A DNA stretch of 56,346 nt, filler included, from Circinaria calcarea (Eukaryota), in assembly GCA_051942165.1 (NCBI GenBank). It is 2 parts of 2 records of this genome, joined end to end, with 100 filler letters (N's around TTAATTAATTAA, not from the genome) between each part and the next. Parts side by side here need not be neighbours in the genome. Positions count along the whole stretch, not along the records: positions 1 to 28,155 come from JAVECS010000058.1; 1 more part is not named here. One strand, given 5' to 3'. Positions 1 to 9,772 of the stretch are shown in pieces; positions within the stretch are counted from its first letter, which is position 1; every line of letters begins with the position of its first letter. A program made the translations under genes and the position numbers. The notes beneath the pieces are model-generated. The model did no database searches. It saw only the letters and a list, made by a program, of their open reading frames with translations, and was not told the origin of the DNA.

Positions 1-291
1 GAGTTCTTGGTTCGTGGCAGCTCTGGAGAGATAAATGTCCATGGCATCATGCATTCCATACGCCAGGACTATTTTATTGGTCAAGGTCAGCCGCCACGGC
101 TTCATGGGATGCGATAGGCCAAAGTGCTGCTTCTCGGCGGCGGGGTTGGCATGATACGAGACCGTGTAGCCTTTGGGCCTCTCGATCCCGTTCCTGAGGA
201 TTTCATGTTGGACCTTCTCGTCCAGGCTGAAGGTGGAAGTGGCTCCTGCCTGAGGATGTTGGTAGTCCTGCACAATGCCAGTTTTGGCCAT
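1..291 (-). CDS. HOS2: Class I histone deacetylase Hos2/HosA, N-terminal 97 codons (runs off the window start)
   Basis: Not in the ORF track because it has no stop in the window. From ATG 291: MAKTGIVQDY...GIERPKGYTVSYHANPAAEKQHFGLSHPMKPWRLTLTNKIVLAYGMHDAMDIYLSRAAT. HFG-x-xHPMKPWRL is the Hos2-type HDAC signature. Confidence 0.9.
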   Translation of the reverse strand, partial: MAKTGIVQDYQHPQAGATSTFSLDEKVQHEILRNGIERPKGYTVSYHANPAAEKQHFGLSHPMKPWRLTLTNKIVLAYGMHDAMDIYLSRAATNQEL

Positions 292-312
292 ACTAAGGAA
301 GAGAAGGGTCCG

Positions 313-341
313 GGCTGTGTGTGAGGCTGTGTGTGAGGCTG
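313..341. repeat. 12-bp tandem repeat (GGCTGTGTGTGA x2.4) just upstream of the HOS2 ATG
   Basis: Units at 313-324 and 325-336, partial at 337-341. Confidence 0.85.
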
Positions 342-718
342 AATGCGAGCTTTATTGACAGCAGCATGATTATGGATATCAACAGCCTCTAAGCCTTCAA
401 CCGCGCCGGCTTCTGTTAAGAGGCGATGCACCGGACCTTGCTCTGATTCGAAGGGTGATCCGTGCTTTCGATAGAAGATCTGCCCTATTCTAAGCCGCGG
501 GTACGCTTTACTTTATCCAGCTTCGCTCCGGCAGCCAGCATAACTAACGTGGTGCTTTCCCTGTCCGCAGCCATGATGATGCCTCCCTTTAGCGCTCTGT
601 TTCACCGCCATGGGTTGAATGTGATCATGCCGACTAGATGCACCTGGTCTCATCTTAAGGTGGAACGACCCTCAAATTATCAGCACGCACTGCTTCAACC
701 TCGACGTTCATATTCAAC

Positions 719-2104
719 ATGGGGAATGCCGCCGTAGCCGCCCAGGAATATTGGGGATATCTCATCAAACCAGACAGAACCCCTGCTCCCTTGCTTGAAC
801 AATTACTGCTAGGCATAGCAAATTACATTGTAAGCCGGACTTCGGAATCTATTGGACATGAGTAGGCTGACTAGGTGTCTTCTCAGAATAAGCACATTGC
901 CCCTTGGGATGTTCGATGTCTCACCCCGACCAAGCTCGCTGCATTCTATCGACTTGTAGGAGGAAACTACGATTCCCTGTTTCTCGAGCCTCCTCATGGA
1001 TCACTATCGTTTATATATAGGTCACTTGGGTGCTATCATACCTTGCAGCCAGACAAGGACCCCTTTGAAGCACCTTCTATACCGGCTTTGACGCCCCAAG
1101 GGTTCGTGAAATGGCAGACCGTGCAGCTACTCCTTCAGCCCGAGGAGCATGTGCCTTTCTTACAAGAAGCTTTGAAGAGATTCGAGATCAAGAACTCTGG
1201 GGAAGGCGGAGAGTTTCCTTCCATATTGCCAAGGGAGGCACTACCTAAAAAAGCAGACGCCGGGATGCTAGAATGGCATGATAATGCCCTTGAAACACTC
1301 CGACCAAAACCGGAATTCGAAGATGCAAGCAGAGCCACAGAAGCTGCCGAAGAGGTCGAAAGCTTGACAGATTCTTCGGTTGATGTTGGATCAATTGTCG
1401 ACGCTGACGACTACTTTGAGCCTCGAGATCGGCACAGGGCTTCTTCTCCTTCTCAGCCTAACGTCATTCACGTCTCCCCAACGACACGGGAACCGCGTTA
1501 TTGGCAAGCCATGGAAAGTCCATCCCAACCCGTTCATTACCGAAGGAGTCGTTCTCACGAGATGAGCCCCCGTGAAGATTTATTGCATCGGGATGGACCA
1601 ACACCGACCGGCTTCGTGAGACCACGAACTCCCCGGACTACTTACCCGAGAACTCCAAGTCCACTCTCCTCCACTTCCGGTTCCGCTGAAGATGATGACC
1701 CGAGTAACAGTGAAGCTTCTCTCGGCCCTGTCCCTGTCCCTGAGCTTCGGCACCGTCAAAGTGTCGGACCTCAATTTCCTATTGACCTGCACGGACGAAG
1801 ACATTCGGCCCATAACCCACTGGACCCTAGAGACTATGTAATATCATTACAGCGCAAGCACCCTCACACACTCTCGCCTCCATTCTACGCTCACGTGCGA
1901 CCGCAATCACAGCCGGGACTTTTTCAGGAAATTACGCCACCAAGGAGAACCGATGTCGATTGGCATGAGCCGGGCTATGGACCAAGCTCGTTTTATAACA
2001 GGTCAAGCCAGAGCAGAGAGCGGCCGAATGTTAGGTTTGTCGATGCCGATCGAGATTTTCGAGAAGAAAGGATGCGAAAGAGAAGTAATGGCACCGGTAG
2101 ATAA
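719..2104 (+). CDS. Conserved fungal protein, DUF7514-like N-terminal domain plus disordered Ser/Pro/Arg-rich tail; 2 exons
   Basis: Exon 719-829 (MGNAAVAAQEYWGYLIKPDRTPAPLLEQLLLGIANYI), intron 830-886 (GTAAGC...GCTGAC...CAG), exon 887-2104 with LTPTKLAAFYRLVGGNYD and PSIPALTPQGFVKWQTVQLLLQPEEHVPFLQ. Divergent from HOS2. Confidence 0.85.
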
Positions 2105-2185
2105 AAGAGAAGGGCAACATGTACTTATACTTATTTCCCACATGTGGGCCTGGAGACTTTTTGAGGATTTTCTCAGCTTTGTTAT

Positions 2186-2441
2186 ATACCCACATGGAGC
2201 CATCTATGAACCTGATTAATAAATGATCCCTTCTGATTGGATGCTCCCTTACAGTGCCTTTCCTATCCGGGTCAGGATGCTGTAACAGATCGGCCTCCCA
2301 CCGGTCGGCTGGAATTTTGCAATGGCCAATTCGGGCATGACTGATCATATCCAACAGACTTCCCAAAGATGAAACATCGCCAGGGAGCCGGCATGCCGCC
2401 CCAATAATGGCAATTGGTTCCTGCTTATCCAAGTCAGTCAC
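2186..2441 (-). pseudogene. Relic of the first exon of an iterative type I (reducing-type) polyketide synthase: ketosynthase N-terminus only
   Basis: QEPIAIIGAACRLPGDVSSLGSLLDMISHARIGHCKIPADRWEADLLQHPDPDRKGT is a typical KS start. An intron follows at 2252-2204 (GTAAGG...TAG); similarity is lost after a few codons. No in-frame ATG and no further PKS domains. Confidence 0.8.
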
Positions 2442-3177
2442 TTTGGTCGCCTTGTTCGGTTCTGCTGTGCTCGAATAAATGGGGCTCCTTATATTTTGTA
2501 TTATTAGCGCTACCGTACAAGTTTGCGAGCTTGTCAGTCAAGCTATCAGCCTGTATATAGTGACCCTAGATGTTTCTGGGCCTCCAAACCAAGTCACCTG
2601 TACGTGCATAACAGGATGACACGAGTGTCAGTCTGCTTGCCAGCCGGTATGAGCCGCAGCCGAGTAGATATACACCCTCCCGGTTGTCATTTTCTGACAC
2701 AGACTGAATAATCCACTCTATTCCGCTTATTCTTGCAATATGTTACCCGTTTAGTGCGATGCCGGCGCTCGATATGGCCCGAGTTCAGCATGTACCAGAA
2801 GCCGCAATCCAGCTGCGGAAAGAGCCAAACGAGGCAGCATTTGCCGACACCGCAACAGGCCAAAAGCCCTAACCAATTTTTCAATCCCATGAGTAGTAGA
2901 GAAACATACCGTCATGGTTTGTAAACCACCCTTTTTCGGGAGATTGTCAACTACAGAACAGGGCCCCTAGCCCAGCTTCAGGACAATTCTGGGAGCAGCG
3001 CCCGCTTTTATTGCTGACAGGGTATAGTGCACTTGGTGGCAGAAATGATAGTTCTTGCTTATCTGTCACGAAACGACTCTTCTTTCTCCATGCGGTGTTG
3101 TGTGTGGCAAAGACTCGGAAAAAGCATCAAAACGCTGTTAAGAAATCAAAGTAAATACCCTTGTATTTCTCACTGTT

Positions 3178-3414
3178 TACTATGGTCGCATGGGACATTA
3201 ACACTAGCTCGGCGCTAAAAGCACTAAAGCCCCTGCTCAGACTATCGTAATTTTACTCATACTTTAGGGTATTCTAAATCTTCTTCCTATTCTAATTGAT
3301 GCAAATGGCATACATACGAAGCACTACGATGTAAATAACAAAGCCTCTGCGGAGTTTAACTGTCATAGGCATTAATATACTAGCGCCGAGCTATGAACAA
3401 TTTTCCCTGCAGTA
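3178..3414. mobile_element. Degenerate relative of the 3581-3743 foldback element
   Basis: 3178-3225 (TACTATGGTCG...CGGCGCTAAAAGCACT) aligns with 3581-3630 (TACTGTGGTCG...CGGCGCTAAAATCACT). Perfect 13-bp inverted pair TAGCTCGGCGCTA (3205-3217) / TAGCGCCGAGCTA (3381-3393); ends in CAGTA at 3414. Confidence 0.4.
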
Positions 3415-3580
3415 AGTCAATGCCGCTAGAGCCTCACTGCTCACCAGTAAAATCGGTCAATTGATAGAAAAATTAGTGTCTTTAGCGCAGCGCTAGCAAT
3501 AAATACCCTGCGGCCAAAGTAGACCAGTAAAATACCCTTGCATTAGTGAAGGATTCTAGCCCCGAGCTATCTACCCTCTT

Positions 3581-3743
3581 TACTGTGGTCGGAAAGGAAA
3601 AATAGCGTTGGCTTCGGCGCTAAAATCACTTAATTTTATGGTTATTTGACAGATCTTACTGATAGAACAAAGAGGCTCTAACTGCGTTAAGTGCTGATCT
3701 ACTAATGCCATGCTAAACGCTATTTTTCCTTCCGACGACAGTA
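3581..3743. mobile_element. MITE-like foldback element, 163 bp, about 28-bp inverted termini bounded by TA
   Basis: Left arm 3581-3609 TACTGTGGTCGGAAAGGAAAAATAGCGTT. Reverse complement of 3716-3743 is TACTGTCGTCGGAAGGAAAAATAGCGTT (1 mismatch, 1 indel). Interior is AT-rich and non-coding. Confidence 0.6.
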
Positions 3744-3883
3744 CAATATCACGATCAGTAAGCACCTAGCTCGCTTAGTCAATGCAATGGTGATTTATCA
3801 GCCGGCTGCATGCCTATAAGTTTGTTTTATATAAATTCCCCCAGTGGAGTTTCCTTTTAGATGTTTTTTTTTGGGGGATCAAT

Positions 3884-3923
3884 CAAACTCAAACTCAAAC
3901 TCGATTCAATCTCAATCTCAATC
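3884..3923. repeat. Hexamer microsatellite (CAAACT)3 grading into (CAATCT)n, upstream of the Rid gene
   Basis: Read directly from the sequence. Confidence 0.75.
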
Positions 3924-3990
3924 GAAAACGCTTTCTCACCCTTCCCAATCAATTCTTGAGGTTTCATTCCGTTGATCCTTTTTTCCCACC

Positions 3991-4534
3991 ATGTCGAACC
4001 TCCAACGCTACGTGTACCCCGGATTCGGCGAATGGGCCCAGAAGAATATGTCGTACAGCCAGGCCATCCGTGTCGGCGACCGGATCGTATGCTCCGGTCA
4101 AGGTAATTAATACCTCTCTAACGCCGTCGCCCCCCGGCCCTTCCCTACTTCTCACTGACAGCTAATCTCCTTTTCCCCCTTCAGGCGGCTGGGACGGCCG
4201 GCAAAAGGAAGTCAACACGACCGACCTGATCAAGCCCGATCTGTCGGACGAGATCGACCAGGCCTTTACGAATGTGGATTACAACCTCCGACACGCCGGC
4301 GGCAAAGGCTGGTCGCAGGTTTACCGGGTCGTCACCTACAGCACCGACATCCCCTCCCAGCACGACCGTATCGTCGAGAACTTCCGCAAGTGGATGCCGG
4401 ACCATTGTCCCGTCTGGACCCAGCTCGGCGTCAAGCAGCTGGGTGTCGAGGCGATGCATTTCGAAATCGATGTCGAGGCCTACGACGAGGAGGGCGCGGC
4501 CGAGGCGAGAAAAGCGAAAGCCACGGCGGCCTAG
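3991..4534 (+). CDS. YjgF/YER057c/UK114 (Rid) family protein, YjgH-like; 2 exons
   Basis: Exon 3991-4102 (MSNLQRYVYPGFGEWAQKNMSYSQAIRVGDRIVCSGQ), intron 4103-4184 (GTAATT...CTAAT...CAG), exon 4185-4534 (GGWD...EIDQAFTNVDYNL...PVWTQLGVKQLGVEAMHFEIDVEAY). Confidence 0.9.
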
Positions 4535-5023
4535 GTTAGACCTTTTTTTGTTTTTTGGTCTGATGCCAACAGCATTTTTTTGGTCATTTAAGGTGATATC
4601 AGAGTACCTTATCACTCAACGTAATCTAGTTACATTGTGACATGTCTTCCACGTCTCATCCAGTCTCTCCGTCTGCCGATTCCATTCCATTTCGACCTGG
4701 AGCCCTTTCGAGTTATGACGTCTTAGTATCGTCGTCTCGAAAATCGATACTCCGTCTGTAACTTGGGATTTGAATCAGTCCTACACGGTCGAAGCACTTC
4801 CATAGTGGACGGGATGCCACCATCATGCAGCTCAGGGCATATGCAGGGCGTACGCAGGGCATGAAAAGGGGACATAATCTCAGACAGGTCACTCTAACCA
4901 ATTAGCTTGGTTGATGAAAAGTTCCCGGTAGTGAAATATTCCGTATCTCGGACGACTTACTCACTCATTCCGTAATATTTATTATTACACCGAAGTGCCA
5001 GCAACAGTCGCCTCCCAGTCCCG

Positions 5024-5962
5024 ATGCCACCTGTCACAATCTAATCCCAACCTCATTTCAGTATCTTTACCCCCCTCTGCCCCCAGCACCCTCAACACCC
5101 CGTGACATCTTCATTCCCTTCGATTATCGCTCCCAAACCACCCACCGTCCCTACTGCTCCCACTTCCGCCTCAGCGCCCTCCTCCTCTCCCACTCCCACT
5201 CGCCTCAGCAGCCGCAGCAAGTCCCCTTACCGCGTCCCTAACCGTCCTGTCCCTCTCCAATGGGATCTCCATCTCCCTCCGCCATCCCAGCATCTCGGAC
5301 TAGGTCCATGACCCCATAGTTTCCCTAAACCGCGATGAGCAAAAAGCGGATGAAACGAGTCCGCACGTTACGATTAGGAAGTGCATTCCACCCGAGTAGC
5401 TGTCTGAGCTTCTGGACGGCGTCGAGTAGGAGGCGGCTCGGAGGGAGAGGCAGGTTGTGGCGTTGCTGTGGCTTTTCCCGATGTCGTCCTGGCGGATTTG
5501 CGGGGGAAAGGTCTTCATGGACGCAGTACGGTCGGTTCGCTCGGTGTCCCACTGGGTTTGCTGGCCAGGGTGGGTGGGGAGCTCCGCTAGTCTCATACTG
5601 ATAATGTAGGGCGCCCTGGCCTAGGGTAAAAAGGCTGTGTAGATAGAATAGGGAGTAGGCTAATTGACAGTAGGGTATCGGTGAATGCTACAATACCAGT
5701 AGCAACCATATAGAACGATGTAGAGGGTGTGTGCTATGTAATCAACAGAGATGCTCAGACAAATGCTTGCCGAGATTTAACGGTAGTGTCAGGGAGAGAG
5801 TTAGTGAGTGAAGGAGAGAGAGAGAAAGTAGGTATAGCGGGATTGTCGGTTATATATGAGCTGTTGCTAGTGATGAAATATAACCTGGCAATGACAGGTG
5901 GGCCATGGGGGATAGGGGTTAACTCAACTCTCTACACCCATGTGTTGAACAAGGAGAACTAG
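5024..5962 (+). pseudogene. Decayed spliced gene of unrecognised family with RIP-type stops
   Basis: Protein-like frame (...GLHGRSTVGSLGVPLGLLARVGGELR*SHTDNVGRPGLG/VSVNATIPVATI*NDVEGVCYV...) broken by TAG at 5301, 5397, 5427, 5588 and 5711 and by a frameshift near 5445. Intron-like 5626-5673 (GTAAAA...GCTAAT...TAG) preserves frame. Many GTA/ATA/CTA codons. Start boundary uncertain. Confidence 0.5.
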
Positions 5963-6379
5963 GCTACTTTTGAGGCTCTGGTTCTCGGCTCTGGTAGTGA
6001 TTTTGAACCCCTAGTGGTCACGGGCTTAAGGAGTAGTAACTGTAGGGGTAGTCAATGGATCCAAAGAGCTCGCTTAACGAACGCGTGAAGACGCCAACGC
6101 CAATTTGATCGAATATAGCCCTACCTGTGATGATCAAAGCCCGGATCCGAAGCTGTCTTGCACTGTTCTTCTCACCAATACCTCACAGCTCTAGCAACAC
6201 AGTCTCGATCTTCAGCAGCACCACGCCCTACTTATATAATTGTAGCCCCTAGCTGCCAGACATCATCTCCAGCTGAAAGGACCGTAGAGTCTCGCTGCAC
6301 GATCTCAAAGGGCAGCAAACGGTAAATTTCAGCAGCACACAGTTCTCTCCAACAGGAACTCAGTTACTCCGGCTGTATA

Positions 6380-8051
6380 ATGGCAGACCTGGGTGGGATC
6401 TCTCCAGTCACAGCGGTATGGCCCCCCAGTATCGTCGACGTGAGGATCATAGGAAAGGTGTTGGATATCGACAACATACGGTTTTCCAGAGACATTGGTC
6501 GATCCTTTAGCTTTGCGGGCGTTAGATTTTACATGTTTGGGGACACTCATTGTACTGGTGACAACGGAGAGCTGCTCGGGATTGTATCCAATAACATTGC
6601 GGTCGTCTGCCAAACAAGTACGCCGTGCTTCACTTTCTATCCGACACTCGGTGATACTCGCATAGTGGACGCCCTTATCGAGATAACTGAAGATGAAGAG
6701 AAGCTCTGGATCGATAACGGTATCAGAGTAGCACTATGGCCGTACGGCGGTGTTCTAGAAACCGAGCCAGAAGTAGGATGGACTTGGTACGAAAAAAATG
6801 AGATTCATCGACACGAAACGGGTAATGAAGCTGTCTATCGTGGTACAGGGATTGGTCAAGTAGTTGTGCATGACCCAGATATGACGGCAGATGATCTTGA
6901 CCTCACTCCCGACGAGACTGTCTATCAAGGCACGGGCATTGCCGAAGTCGTCACCACTGGCATAGCAAGAGATCTGTACACCATCCGCGCTGAAGGCCTA
7001 TTATTCACGGAAGATGAACCTCGGTTTGGTGGGATCTCTGCAATCATTGAAGATGCATTCATCTACCTCTTCGGACACCACACTCTCGGTGTTTTCCTCG
7101 CACGCGTCCCAAAGAATGTCCCATGGGTGCGAGAGGCATATACATTCTGGAATGGAGTCAGCTTTATCCAACAACTAGGAAAGGCGGTACCAGTTTTTAG
7201 AGATGTACGTGATGGTGCTGTGAACAAGTCTCGCTTCTTTGGCGCTGCAAGGCCCTGGACATTCATCGGACGCAGTGAATCCCAAGACAACATAGTGGTG
7301 GCGGGGAGGGCTGAGAGATTGGAAGGACCCTGGGATCTCACAGAGATATGTGAAGCTCGTGGCTTTGATGATCCTGATAGCAAGGTGTATTGCGTATACC
7401 CCCATCATTGGGCTTTCGAAGCAGCGGACGGAGAACTCCTGGTGACGTAGAGCGAGAACTAGCCGGGTGAGGTAGTATCGGCAAGGCTTACCTTCGAAAT
7501 GAGTAAGTGAAGTAACAATATATCAAGCGACATATCTGACAACAATACAGCAAGGACCAAATACTGGCAGAAGGTGCCTTTGAACGATTACTCCCGTATG
7601 CCTCATATCTTTTATCGCTCGCATTGTTTACTGATAGTGATAAGGAAACATCCGCGAGTATATAAGAGAATCGACCACGAGCAAGAAGGATGTGGGTTTA
7701 TACACCGTTGTGAGGATGACGGGTGTGACGTTGCGGGTGGAGGGGCGATACGTACAGCCCGGGATGGCGGTTCCAAGGGGAGAAATCCCGGAGCATTTGC
7801 ACGTGGAGGTATGCACCTGGTCCCTTCACGTCCTCATTGCAAGCCTTTAACAAGTATAGGGGACGGAATACGACCGCGTGCAGGAGGCCGCTGGGGCGAT
7901 ACGTCGCCGGTTGAAGCAGATGGAGGAGATTGAGGAGGAGGAAGAGGCAGAAGCCGACGTGGCTCCCCTGCGCTCCGGGAGTAGGCTCACAAGAGCCTTC
8001 ACCCGCCTCTTTCGTCGTAGTGAGGGGAGCAGGCGGAGTTCAGGAGCATAA
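6380..8051 (+). CDS. DUF4185-like domain fused to a PRP5/DDX46/KHDC4-type KH-like domain; 4 exons; two internal in-frame TAG codons (7448-7450, 7460-7462), so either edited/read-through or a young pseudogene
   Basis: Exons 6380-7502, 7551-7595, 7645-7808, 7860-8051. Introns GTAAGT..CTGAC..CAG, GTATGC..CTGAT..AAG and GTATGC..TTAAC..TAG all preserve frame. N-part: SRDIGRS..FYMFGDT..YTFWNG..EGPW..YCVYPHHW. After the stops: SEN*PGEVVSARLTFEM then YWQKVPLNDYSRN...MTGVTLRVEGRYVQPG..PEHLHVEGTEYDRVQEAAGAIRRRLKQ. Confidence 0.7.
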
Positions 8052-8536
8052 GGGGATGTTTGGTAGCATATGTAGAAATAGCATTGCATCACGATGATTC
8101 ATGACAACGGATATAGCTCGATGTCGCTTCCAACATGAGTGATAAAACTGTAATGCCTCCCACTGTCATTACAGTAGGAAACAAAAGTTGTCATGCATAT
8201 TGAGAACGTCTTTCCCTGAGGGACACGCCCTTTAAATATTGTTATGAACGAGACAAGATCTTCTTACACTGTTCTTCATTCCACATGGACAATACTGCCC
8301 GCAGAATAATGTGATGTAGTACTGGATGTCTCCGGATGCTTCTATGTCGTCTATTAATCAACTAGCGTTCTTTTTAATCAGCAATATTCTACCTCGTGCT
8401 ATTGACATTAAATCTTGGCACATATCGTCGGAGGCGTGAACGGGCATCACAGTATAACATCAAACATCAAACTTAGGAGAATTCTCATACTAATTGATCT
8501 GCTCTCACATTTGCGCATCGCTCCTTATCCTTTACC

Positions 8537-9292
8537 ATGGCAAATTACCTTGCTAGCATTTTTGGTACGGAACAAGACAAGGTACGCATGGTTTATGCGA
8601 TCGCAACTCAGCTTCAGAGGCACTGACAAAAATTCAAAAGGTCAACTGCTCCTTCTACTACAAGATCGGCGCCTGTCGACACGGCGATCGATGCTCCCGA
8701 AAACACGTCAAGCCCTCTTACTCCCAGACGATCCTCCTGCCCAACCTCTACCAAAACCCGGCCTACGACCCGAAGAACAAGATGAACCCCAGCCAACTGC
8801 AGAACCATTTCGACGCCTTTTACGAAGATTTCTGGTGCGAGATGTGCAAGTACGGGGAGATAGAAGAAGTTGTAGTGTGCGACAATAATAATGACCGTGA
8901 GTGCTCTATCCTAATTACGCAGTCCCAGGAATCCTCAACTGATCGCCACTCCTCTCCGGATAGATCTCATCGGCAACGTCTACGCGCGCTTTAAATACGA
9001 AGACTCGGCTCAGCAAGCCTGCGACGCACTCAATAGCCGATGGTACGCCGCGCGACCAATCTACTGCGAATTATCACCCGTCACCGATTTCCGAGAAGCG
9101 TGTTGTCGGTTGAACAGTGGAGAAGGCTGTGTTAGGGGAGGATTCTGCAATTTCATACATCGAAAGGAGCCGAGTCCGGAGTTGGAAAGGGAGTTGGAGT
9201 TGGGGATGAAGAAATGGTTGAGGGCACGGGGTCATGATGAAAGGAGTATGAGTCGGAGTCCCAGTCCGGAGCCGACAAAGAAGAGGTATTGA
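8537..9292 (+). CDS. U2AF1: Splicing factor U2AF small subunit (U2AF23/35); 3 exons
   Basis: MANYLASIFGTEQDK/VNCSFYYKIGACRHGDRCSRKH (CCCH), UHM region, SPVTDFREACCR..CVRGGFCNFIH. Introns 8582-8640 and 8897-8963. Confidence 0.97.
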
Positions 9293-9772
9293 GATGGAAG
9301 AAAGGAAATGGGGATTCAGTGAGAGACCCAGGTACAGGGTCCATATCTGGTGCTGTGCAGCGAAAAATCGATTCTAGCGATATCCGTATACTATTGGTAC
9401 CATCCAGTCCACCGACTGTGGCAGCCATAAAAGGCATGGTCCAAGGAGAAGGCAAGGCGTTTAGAGAAACATTGGTTGAGAATTACACGGGCTTTACAGT
9501 ATGAGGACTTTACCATGCTCACATATAATTTCCAATATGTTGACTTTTCTATGCTCACCCACCAAATTCAAAATTGATACAATATCTCATACCTACCTTT
9601 CCATGCTGTGCCAGCGCAAATCCCCTATTACCAGAATTTATATTGACGGCCCGCCGAGCTATTGCCAGCCTTCCATGCAGCTTTGTAAGTAGTATAGCAT
9701 ATACCCAACACGGACCTTATCCAGCCCGATTTCCATCAGGACCTTGCGACAACCTTCAGGATCGAGAAGCCA

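Noticed and set aside
102..431. 109-aa minus-strand ORF with QPHT repeats
   Set aside because: Wrong frame; the real product is HOS2 from ATG 291, and the repeat is a 12-bp duplication upstream of it.
3580..3765. Kinase-like peptide IKLSDFS in a 61-aa ORF
   Set aside because: No other kinase motifs; the sequence is explained by the foldback element.
2186..4534. Functional secondary-metabolite cluster
   Set aside because: Only a PKS stub is present; no intact backbone, tailoring, transporter or regulator genes.
7448..7462. Genome-wide UAG reassignment or pyrrolysine
   Set aside because: TAG is the ordinary terminator of other genes here (Rid, PIB1, SCY1, the PLP enzyme); any recoding must be site-specific.
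7574..7933. 119-aa ORF as an independent gene
   Set aside because: It reads through introns and off-frame across the KH-like exons.
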